A stretch of DNA of 64,000 bases, from positions 182,280,001-182,344,000 of the forward strand of contig OZ024742.1 of NCBI GenBank assembly GCA_964016885.1. Direction: 5' to 3'. The position numbers were made by a program, and so were the translations under genes. Every line of letters begins with the position of its first letter. Position 1 is the stretch's first letter. This document shows, in pieces, positions 43,555 through 57,162 of this stretch. The DNA is from Eledone cirrhosa. Its lineage: Eukaryota. Below the pieces are notes generated by a model. The model was given only the letters and a program-made list of their open reading frames with translations. It was not told the origin of the DNA and searched no databases.

Positions 43555-46500
43555 CGGAACTCAGCACAAGATGAAAGTTTTAGTCTGCGTGATGATGGGC
43601 AGATCTGGAGGTTTGTCAAGGCTGGTGAAACGTGGAAGAGAGATACCAGCTGGTCTGAGTGTGATCTACCCACAATAACTGGCAATGTAAAAATTGCTAC
43701 AACTCTGGGAAACTAAACCAGAACAACCTGCCACCCTCTACACACCATCATGAACTGCGAGCAGGGTACAAATTGTTGTCCTTAAATGCTCGCAGTTTAT
43801 GCAACAAGATACATCTGTTCGAATCCTACGTCAGAAGCATCGACACTGACTTCATCACAGTCACGGAAACATGGGCACATTCCTTACTCTGTGATGGGGT
43901 TTTCAGCATTACTGGTTACAACCTTTTCCGCAAGGACCGCATTAACCGCCGTGGTGGTGGTGTGATGGTCCACGTTCGTTCAAACTTTTCGGTAATTCCT
44001 TGCGTTGATTTGAACGAATCACAAGAAGAAGTTTTATTCTGTGACATACGTATGACCATGTCAACACTTCTGCTTGGTGTTGTTTATCACCCCCCAAACT
44101 ACCATCAGACACACAGCTTTGCGATATCGTCAGAGGTGCTGCCAAGAAAACAGCCACTTATGTGTTTATTGCAGGTGACTTCAATCATCCTGAGATCGAT
44201 TGGGAAACCTTTCATTGGCCACAAGGTGCAAACGATTTCCTTGAACTAGTGCTGGACTCAAACTGGTCACAACTCGTCACCTCTCCAACAAGAGGTGACA
44301 ACACTTTGGACCTGAACTTCACGACTACTCCTGAAGTGGTTATCAGTTGTACTACTGAAGAACCTCTAGGCGACTCTGATCATGCTATGATCATTGCCAA
44401 TCTGGCACTTGAGGGCAGCAACAAAAACTAGAGCCATCTCCAATCTGCTTGCTTTGATTGGAAGAGGGCGGATTGGAACTTGTACTGCACTGAGCTACAG
44501 CGCCCAAACTGCCATGAGATGTATAACTCTGGAGATGTGAACTCTATACTCCAGAGCATCCTGGACTCAATATGGATAGCGTGTGCAGCATCAGTGCCAC
44601 GGAAGCGGAAAAATAACCACCCCAAAAGGGCAATCTGCGAAACTTCAGCGGTCCGACTTGCCAGGAAAGAACGTCGGAACGCTGAACGGGAATACAAACT
44701 GCATAAATCAGATGCCAACAGAAAAAAGCGGAATAACTCTTCTAACCATCTCAAGCAAGTGACAAAGAAGGCAGTGCTTGAATTTGAACAGTGCATCGCA
44801 ACCAATCCTGACAGTAAGGTGTTCTGGAAATATGTTCATTCAAAGCAGAGACCTCACTCTCCAGTTGGTCCTCTTCGCAATCCCCACACAAGCCAGATCA
44901 CTGACGATCCCAAGGAATGCGCAGAACTCATTGCTGAGTGCTATGCAAGTATTTTTACTGTTGAAAACCAGAATGTACCATCTCCACCATCTCTAACATC
45001 AAATTCTATAACAACTATGGAATTTACACCTGCAATGTTGCGACGTCACCTTAAGAATAAGCGCAACTATGCCTCCCCTGGTCTTGATGGTGTGTGACAT
45101 ACCTGCTTCTCAAACGTGGCGGGTATTTCCTTTTGCGCCAGCTTTCTTTCTTCTTTCAATACTGTCTCAAACATGGTGCTACTCCGGAGCAGTGGAAAAC
45201 TGCCAGTGTCATTCCCCTGTTCAAAAAGGGCAACCGCATGTAGCCTGTCAACTATCGTCCAGTCAATCTTACTAGCTGCTTGGCCAAACTGATGGAATCC
45301 TGTGTCAGAGACTCACTTTGGAACTTCTGGAGCTCTCACAGCCTCATCCGGCCCTCACAGTTTGGATTTATCCCTAACTCCAGCTGCTGTGATCAGTTAT
45401 CGAGTTCCTTGAGGACATCACCCGGATCACTGACAGCGGCTCATGGGTGGATGTTGTTTACCTTGACTTTGCTAAGGCTTTTAATTCTGTGCCACACAAA
45501 AGACTTATGGCAAAACTCTCTGCAATGGGTGTGAGGGATGATCTTTTCGACTGGTTGAAATCCTTCATTCTCAGCCGAAAAGAAGTAGTCACGGTTCTAG
45601 GACAGCATTCTTCATCGTATGAGATGTCATCTGGTGTACCACAGGGATCTGTTCTTGGTCCTCTTTTGTTTGTGGCATATATTAATGACATAGATGCCAA
45701 CTTACAGAATGCCACGGTACTAAAATATGAAGATGATATCAAGCTCTACCTTGAAATCAAAAGGACTGATCCTGAAATTTACAACTCTTTCCTACAATCA
45801 GACCTGGACACAATGCAGCAATGGATCACAGACTGGCAACTGAAGCTGGCTGTGGACAAGTGTACAACCATGCATTTTGGAAGGAAAAATCCAGCGTCCA
45901 CATACTCCCTCCAAAACAATGATATCAAAAAGTCCTCTTGTGAAGGTGACCTGGGTATTACTGTCAGCAAAGATTTGCGTTGGACAAAGCATGTCTCTAA
46001 GATTGTCAAGAAGGCCGAGGGTGTCTTGGCATCACTCAGCAAGATCTTTGTTAGCCGCTCTCCAGCCATCTATTTAAAACTGTATACAGCTATGGTACGA
46101 CCACACTTGGAATTCGCATCATCAGTCTGGAACCCCTATCTTGCTCAGAACATTGACCTCCTGGAAACTGTTCAGAGACGTGCAACCAAGCGCATACCCT
46201 CCATCAGACACCTACCATACTCTGAACGCCTTGCTTCCCTGGGCATGGATTCATTGAAGCTCCGACGTCTGGCAATGGACTTGATGAATACCCACAAAGT
46301 TTTTAACCATCTCGCCAATTGCAACCCTGAGCGCCTCTTTCATCTCCATGTGTCTAACACACGTGGACATGCCTACAAGATCAGAAAACAGCACAGCTCC
46401 CAGGACTTTCGTAGACATTTTTTCACGCTCAGAGTTGCTGAAGCATGGAACAAACTGCCTGCGTCAGTTGTTAGCTGCCGAGACACTGCATCCTTTAAGA

Positions 46501-46827
46501 CACTCATGCTTCCCGAAATACGCCAAAACTACACCTGATGTACCCCTTTCATAAATATGCACACATGTGTCTATCATGACTCGTGCACTGTTCATTTTAC
46601 TGAAGTTTGTAAATTGCCCTATGTACTGTACATGCACTTTTTTGATGAGTTGTGGTGCACCTGGGCACTGTACACAATATTTCACTATTGTTGTTATTAT
46701 TATATCATGACTCATACACTGTTCATTTTCCTGACATTTGTACATTATTCTATGTACTATACATGCGCATTTGATGAGTTGTAGTGCACCTGAGCACTGT
46801 ACACAATAATTTTATTATTATTATTAT
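43555..46827 (+). mobile_element. CR1-group LINE copy 5 (end of ORF1, whole disrupted ORF2, duplicated 3' UTR)
   Basis: 5' end matches the last ~160 nt of copy 6 ORF1; ORF2 motifs appear in order; ATT tail. Confidence 0.94.
43770..46538 (+). pseudogene. CR1 ORF2 (APE + RT), disrupted
   Basis: LNARSL, VTETW, RRGGGV, YHPP, AGDFN, TLDL, SDH, SPGLDG, VYLDFAKAF, GVPQGSVLGP, YEDD; several frameshifts and stops. Confidence 0.92.
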
Positions 46828-49800
46828 ATAGTACTACACAACTACACAATTATACTACAGAACTATATAACTACAGAACAACACAACCACACAAATATAC
46901 TACAGAACTACATAACTACAGCCCAACACAACCACACAAGTATACTACAGAACTACATAACTACAGCCCAACACAACCACACAACTATACTACAGCACTA
47001 CAGAACAACACAACCACACAACTATACTACAGAACTACATAACTAGAGAACAACACAACCACACAACTATGCTACAGAACTACATAACTACAGAATAACA
47101 CACCCATACAATTATACTACCGAACTACATAACTACAGAACAACACAACCACACAACTATACTACAGAACTACATAACTACAAAACAACATAACCACACA
47201 ACTATACTACAGAACTACAGCCCAACACAACCACACAACTATACTACAGAACTACAGAACAGCACAACCACACAACTATACTACAGAACTACGTAACTTC
47301 AGAATCACACTTATACTACAGAGCTACAGAATCACACTTATACTACTTATACTACAGAGCTACAGAAGTACGTAACTACAGAACAACACAACCACACAAC
47401 TATACTACAGAACTATATAACTACTGAACAATACAGACACACAACTATACTACAGAACTATATACCTACAGAACAACACAACCACACAACGACACTACAG
47501 AACTACATAACTACAGCCCGACACAACCACAAAACTATACTACCGAACAATATAACTACAGAAAAACACAACCACACAACTATACTACAGAACTACAGAA
47601 CTACATCCCAACACAACCACAGGACTATACTACAGAACTACATAACTACAGAACAACACAAACCCACAACTAAACTACAGAACAACAGAACTACACAGCT
47701 AATCTACAGAACTATATAACTACAGAACAACAAAACCACACAACTATACTACATAACTAGATAACTACAGCCCAACACAACCCCACAACTATGCTACAGG
47801 GCTACAATACTACAGCCCAACACAACCACACAACTATACTACAGAACTACATAATTACAACCCAACACAACCACACAATTATACAACAGAACTACAGAAA
47901 TACATAACTACAGAACAACACAAGCACACAACTAAACTACAGAACTATATAACTACAGAACATCACAACCATGCTACAGAACTACAGAACTACACAACAA
48001 CACAACCACATAACTATACTACAGAGCTACAGAACAACACCACCACACAACTATACGACAGAAGTACATAACTACAGAACAACACAACAACACAACTATA
48101 CAACAGAACTACATAACTACATAACTACAAACAACACAACCACACAACTATGCTACAGAACTACATAACTACAGAAGAACACAACCACATAACTATACTA
48201 CATAACTACAGAACAACACAACCACACAACTATGCTACGGAACTATATAACTACAGAAGAACACAACCACATAACTATACTACAGAACTACATAACTACA
48301 GAACAACACAACCACACAACTATGCTACAGAACTATATAACTACAGAAGAACACAACCACATAACTATTCTACAGAACTACAGCCCAACGCAACCAAACA
48401 ACTATACTACAGAACTACAGATCTACATAACTACAGAACAATACATCCAAACAACTAAACTACAGAACCACACAGCTATACTACAGAACTACATAACTAA
48501 AGAACAACACAACTACATTACTACATAACTGCAGCCCAACACAACCACACACCTATACTACGCAACTATATAACTAAAAAACAATACTACCACACAACTA
48601 TACGACAGCACTATAAAACTACCAAACAAAGGAACCACACAACTATACTACGGAACTACATAACTACAGAAAAACGCAACCACACAGCTATACTACATAA
48701 GTACATAACGACAGCCCAACACAACCACACAATTATACTACAGAACTATATAACTACAGAAAAACACAACCACACAACTATACTACAGAAGTACATAACT
48801 ACAGCCCAACACAAACACACAACTATTCTACATAAGTACATAACTACAGAACAACACAACCACACTAGTATGCTACAGAACTACATAACTACAGAAAAAC
48901 ACAACAACACAACTATGGTACAGAACTACAGCCCAACACAACCACGCAACTATATTACAGCACTACAGAACCACACAACCAAATAATTATACTACCGAAC
49001 TACATAACAACAAAAAACACAACCACACGATTATACTACAGAACTACATAACTACAAAACAACACAACCACACAACTATACTATAGAACTACAGAAGTAC
49101 ATAACTACAGAACAACACAACTATACTACACAACCATACTACAGAACTATATAACTACAGAACAATACAGCCACACAACTATATTACAGAAATATATAAC
49201 TACATAACAACAAAACCACACAACTATACTACAGAATAATATAAATACAGAACAACATAACTACAGAACAACACAACCACACAACTATACTATAGAACTA
49301 CATAACTACATAACTACAGAAAAGCACAACCACATAATTATACTACAGAACTACAGCCCAACACAACCCCACAACTATTCAACAGAACTACATAACTACA
49401 GCCCAACACAACCACACAACTATACTACAGAACTGCATAACTACAGAACAACACCACCACACAACTAAACTACAGAACTACATAACTACATAACTACAGA
49501 ACAACACAACCGCAAAAGTAAACTACAGAACTACATAAATACAGAACAACAGAACTACGCAGCTATACTACAGAATTATATAACTACAGAACAACAAAAC
49601 CACACATCTATACTACATAACTAGATAACTACAGCCCAACACAACCACACAACTATACTACAGCACTACAGAACAACACAACCACACAACTATACTACAG
49701 AACTACATAACTACATAACTACAGAACAACGCAACCACACAACTATACTACAGAACTACATCCTAACACAACAACACGACTATATTACAGAACTAAATAA

Positions 49801-52800
49801 TTACAGAACAACACAACCACACAACTAAACTTCAGAAATACATAACTACAGAACAACACAACCAAACAACTATACTACAGAACTACATAACTACAGCCGA
49901 ACACAACCACACAACTACACTACAGCACTACAGAACAACACAACCACACAACTATACTACAGAACTACATAACTACAGCCCAACACAACCACACACCTAT
50001 ACTACAGAACTACATAACTACAGCCCAACACAACCACACAACTATACTACATAACTACAGAACAATACAAACAAACAACTATACAACAGAACTATATAAC
50101 TACAGAACAACACAACCACATTAGTATACTACAGAACTATATAACTACAGCGAAACACAACCACACAACTATACTACAGAACTACATAACTACAGCGCAA
50201 CACAACCACACAACTATACTACAGAACTACATAACTACAGAACAACACAACCACACAACTAAACTTCAGAAATACATAACTACAGAACAACACAACCACA
50301 CAACTATACTACAGAACTACATAACTACTGCCCAACACAACCACACAACTATACTACGGAACTACATAACTACAGCCCAACACAACCACACAACTATACT
50401 ACAGCACTACAAAACAACACAACCACACAACTATACTACAGAACTACATAACTACATAACTACAGAACAACACAACCGCAAAAGTAAACTACAGAACTAC
50501 ATAAATACAGAACAACAGAACTACGCAGCTATACTACAGAATTATATAACTACAGAACAACAAAACCACACATCTATACTACATAACTAGATAACTACAG
50601 CCCAACACAACCACACAACTATACTACAGCACTACAGAACAACACAACCACACCACTATACTACAGAACTACATAACTACATAACTACAGAACAACGCAA
50701 CCACACAACTATACTACAGAACTACATCCTAACACAACCACACGACTATATTACAGAACTAAATAACTACAGAACAACACAACCACACAACTAAACTTCA
50801 GAAATACATAACTATAGAACAACACAACCAAACAACTATACTACAGAACTACATAACTACAGCCCAACACAACCACACAACTACACTACAGCACTACAGA
50901 ACAACACAACCACACAACTATACTACAGAACTACATAACTACAGCCCAACACAACCACACAACTATACTACATAACTACAGAACAATACAAACAAACAAC
51001 TATACAACAGAACTATATAACTACAGAACAACACAACCACATTAGTATACTACAGAACTATATAACTACAGCCAAACACAACCACACAACTATACTACAG
51101 AACTACATAACTACAGCGCAACACAACCACACAACTATACTACAGAACTACATAACTACAGAACAACACAACCACACAACTAAACTTCAGAAATACATAA
51201 CTACAGAACAACACAACCACACAACTATACTACAGAACTACATAATTACAGAACAACACAACCAAACAACTATACTACAGAACTACATAACTACAGCCCA
51301 ACACAACCACACAACTACACTACAGCACTACAGAACAACACAACCACACAACTATACTACAGAACTACATAACTACAGCCCAACACAACCACACACCTAT
51401 ACTATAGAACTACATAACTACAGCCCAACACAACCACATAACTATACTACATAACTACAGAACAATACAAACAAACAACTATACAACAGAACTATATAAC
51501 TACAGAACAACACAACCACATTAGTATACTACAGAACTATATAACTACAGCCAAACACAACCACACAACTATACTACAGAACTACATAACTACAGCGCAA
51601 CACAACCACACAACTATACTACAGAACTACATAACTACAGAACAACGTAACCGCACAACTATACTACAGAACTATTTAACTACAGAACGATAAAACCACA
51701 CAACTATACTACAGCACTACAGAACAATGTAATCACACAACTATACTACAGAACTATATAACGACAGAACAACACTACCACACAATTATACTACAGAACT
51801 ACACAAGTACATAATTACGGAACAACACAACCAAACAACTATACACAGAACTATATAACTTCTGAACAATACAGACACACAACTATACTACAGAACTACA
51901 TAGCTACAGAACAACACAACCACACAACGACACTACAGAACTACATAACTACAGCCCGATACAACCACACAACTAAACCACAGAACTACATAATTACAGA
52001 ACAACAAAACCACACAACTATACAACATAACTAAATAATTACACACCAACACAACCACACAACAATATTTCATAACTATATAACTACAGAAAAGCACAAC
52101 CACACAACTATACTACAGAACTACAGAACAACAGCCCAACACAACCACACAACTATACTAGAGAACTATATAACTACGGAACAACACAACCACACTATTA
52201 TACTACAAAACTACAGAACTACAGCCCAACACAACCACACAACTATACTACAGAGCTACATAACTCCAGCCCAACACAACCACACTAATATACTACAGAA
52301 CTAATTAACTACAGAACAATAGAACCACACAACTATACTATCCGACAGCACTATAAAACTACAGAACAAATGAACCACACAACTATACTACAAATTACAT
52401 AACTACAGAAAAACACAAACACTCAACTATACTACAGAACTACATAACAACAGCCCAACACAACCACACAACTATACTAGAAAACTATATAACTACGGAA
52501 CAACACAACCACACTATTATACTACAGAACTACAGAATTACAGCCCAACACAACCACACAACTATACTACAGAACTACATAACTACAGCCCAACACAACC
52601 ACACAACTATACTACATAACTACATAACTACAGAACAACGCAACCAAAAAACTATATTACAGAACTACATAACTACAGCCCAACACAACCACACAAGTAT
52701 ACTACAGAACTACATAACTACAGAACATCACAACCACACACCTCTGCTACTGAATTATTTGACTCCAGAACAATAGAACTATACAACTATACTACCGAAC

Positions 52801-55800
52801 TACATAACTACAGAACAACAACACCACACATCTATACTACAGAAATACATAACTACAGTAAAGCACAACCACACAACTATACTACAGAACTCCAGAACTA
52901 CAGCCCAACACAACCACACAACTATACTACATAACTATATAACTACAGAACAACACAACCCGACAACTATACTAAAAAACTAAACAACTACAGAACAACA
53001 CAACCACACATCTATACTACAGAACTATATAACTAGAGAACAACACAACCACACAATTATACTACCGAACTACATAACTACAGAACAACACAACCACACA
53101 AATATACTACAGAACTACAGACCAACACAACCACACAACTATACTACAGAACTACATAACTACAGAACAACACAACCACACAACTATACTACAGAACTAT
53201 ATAACTACGGAACAATAGAACCACACAACTATACTACAGCACTACAGAACAACACAACCACACAACTATACTACAGAACTACATAACTACAGAACAACAG
53301 AATCAAATAACTATACTACAGAATTATATAATTACAGAACAACAAAACCACACAACTATACTACAGAACTACATAACAACGCAACCACACAACTATACTA
53401 GAGAACTACAGAAACACACAATTATACTACAGAACTATAGAACTATATAACTACAGAACAACAGAACCACACTACTATACTACAGAACTATATAACTACA
53501 GCCCAACGCAACCAAACAACTATACTACAGAACTACATAACAACAGAACAACACAACAACACAACTATACTACAGAACAAAATAAATACTGTGCAACACA
53601 ACCATACAACTATGGTACAGAACTACATAACTATAGAACAACAAAACCACACAATTATACTACCGAACTACATAACTACAGAACAACACAACCACACAAT
53701 TATACTACAGAACTACAGAACTACATAACTACAGAACAACACAACCACACAACTATACTACAGAACTACAGAAGTACATAACTACCGAACAACACAACCA
53801 CACAACCATACTACAGAACTATATAACTACAGAACAATACAGCCACACAACTATACTACAGAACTATATAACTACAGAACAACACAACCACTCAATTATA
53901 TTACAGCACTATATAACTACAGAACAACACAACCACACAACTATACTACAGAACTAAATAACTACAGAACAACACAATCACACAACTATGCTACAGAACT
54001 ATATAACTACAGAACAACACAACCACACAACTATACTACAGAACTATATAATTACAGAACAACACAACCACACAACTATACTACAGAACTAAATAACTAC
54101 AGAACAACACAACCACACAACTATACTACAGAACTATATAACTACAGAACAACACAACCACACAACTATACTACAGAACTAAATAACTACAGAAAAACAC
54201 AACCACACAACTATACTACAGAACTATATAGCTACAGAACAACACAACCACACAACTATACTACAGAACTATATAATTAAAGAACAACACAACCACACAA
54301 CTATACTACAGAACTACAGAAATACAACCCAACACAGCCATACAACTAAACTACAGAACAACATAACTACTGCACAACACTACCACAAAACTATACTACA
54401 GAACTACTGAACTACAGCCCAACACAACCACACGACTATTCTACAGAACTACATAACTACATAACTGCAGCCCAACACAACCACACAATTATACTACAGA
54501 ACTATATAACTACAGAACAACACAACCACACAACTATACTACCGAACTACATAACTACAGAACAACACAACCACACAACTATACTATAGAACTAAATATC
54601 TACAGAACAACACAACCACACAACTATACTACAGAACTATATAACTACAGAACAACACAACCACACAACTATACTACAAAACTACATAACTACAGAACAA
54701 CACAACCACACAACTATATTACAGAACTACATAACTACTGCCCAACACTACAACACCACTATACTACGGAACTACAGAACTTCATAACTACAGAACAACA
54801 CAGTCAAACAACTAAACTACAGAACTACATAACAACTGCTCAACACTACCACACAACTAAACTACAGAACTACAGAACTACTTAACTACAGATCAACACA
54901 ACCACACAAATATACTACAGAACTATTTAACTACAGAACAATAGAACCACACAATTATACTACAGGACTACAGAACAACACAACCACACAACTATACTAC
55001 AGAACTACATAACTACAGAACAGCTGAATCACACAACTATACTACAGAATTATATAATTACAGAACAACAAAACCACACAACTATACTACAGAACTACTG
55101 AACAACACAACTACACCACTATACTACAGAACTACAGAACAACACAACCTCACAACAATACTACAGAACTACATAACTACAGAACAACACAACCACACAA
55201 GTATACTACAGAACTACAGAACAACACAACCTCACAACAATACTACAGAACTACATAACTACAGAACAACACAACCACACAACAAAACCACAGAACTACA
55301 TAACTACAGAACAACAAAACCACACAACTATACTACATGACTACGGAGAAGCACAACCACAAAACTATACTACAGAACTACAGAACTACAGCCCAACACA
55401 ACCACACAACTATACTCCAGAACTACATAACTACAGAACAACACAACCACACAACTATACTACAGAACTATAAAATTACAGAAAAACACAACCTCACAAC
55501 TATACTACAGAACTAAATAACTACAGAAAAACACAACCTCACAACTATACCACAGAACTACAGAACTACATCCCAACACAACCACACAACTGTACTACAG
55601 AACTAAATAACTACAGAACAGCACAACCACACAACTATACTACAGAACTACAGAACTACAGAACTACAGAACAACACAACCACACAACTAAACTAAAGAA
55701 CTACATAACTACCGAACATCACAACCACACAACTATACTACAGAACTACATAACTACACAACAACCCAACCACATAACTATACTACAGAACTACATAACT

Positions 55801-56992
55801 ACAGAACATCACAACCACACAACTATACTACAGAACTACATAACTACAGAACGACACAACCACCCAACTATACAACAGAACTACATAACTACAGAACGAC
55901 ACAACCACCCAACTATACAACAGAACTACATAACTACAGAACAACACAACCACACAACTATGCTACAAAACTATATAACAACAGAAAAACACAACCACAC
56001 AACTATACTACAGAACTACATAACAACAGAAAAACACAACCACACAACTATACTACAGAACTACATAACTACAGAACAACACAACCACACAACTATGCTA
56101 CAAAACTATATAACTACAGAACAACACAACCACACAACTATACAACAGAACTACATAACTACAGAACAACACAACCACACAACTATACTACAGAACTACA
56201 TAACTACAGCCCAACACAACCACACAACTATACTATAGAACTACATAACTACAGAACAACACAACCACACAACTATACTACAGAATTATATAACTACAGG
56301 ACAACAAAACCCCACAATTATACTACATAACTACATAACTACAGAAAAGCACAACCACACAACTATACTACCAAACTACAGCCCAACACAACCACACTAG
56401 TATACTACAGAACTACATAACTACAGCCCAACACAACCACACAACTATACTACAGAACTATATAACTACAGAACTGCAAAACCACACAACTATACTACAG
56501 AACTACATAACTACAGACCAACACAATCACACAACTATACTACAGAACAACAAAACTACAGAACAACACAACCACACAACTATACTACATAACTACATAA
56601 CTACAGACAACACAACCACACATCTATACTACAAGGCTACATTACAGCTCAACAAAACCCGACAACTATACTACAGAACTACAGAAATACATAACTACAG
56701 AACACAACAACCACACAACTAAACTACAGAACTAAATAACTACAGAACAACAGAACCACACAACTATACTACAGAACTACATAACCACAGAACAGCACAA
56801 CCACACAACTATAATACATAACTACATAACTACACCACAACACAACCAAACACCTATACTACGGAACTATATAACTAAAGAACGATACAACCACACAACT
56901 ATACGACAGCATTATAAAACTACAGAACAAAAGAACCACACAACTATACTACAGAACTACAGAACTACAGAATAAAACACAACCACACAATT
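46828..56992 (+). repeat. 45-bp satellite array with internal duplications
   Basis: Same monomer. A ~966-bp tandem duplication is marked by cgcaaaagtaaac at 49511 and 50477. Confidence 0.96.
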
Positions 56993-57162
56993 ATAATAAT
57001 AATAATGATAATAATAATGAAATACTGTGTACAGTGCTCAGGTGCACTACAACTCATCAAAAAGTGTACGTATAGTACATAGGGTAATGTACAAACGTCA
57101 GAAAAATGAAAAGTGCATGAGTCATGAAACACACATGTGTGCATGTGTATGGAAGGGGTACA

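Noticed and set aside
13732-56238. Repetitive ORFs in the satellite (TTQPHNYTTELHNYR or LQNYITTEQHNHTTI repeats)
   Set aside because: By-product of a 45-bp unit with two stop-free frames. Frames are constantly broken by 8-bp indels, and there is no gene structure.
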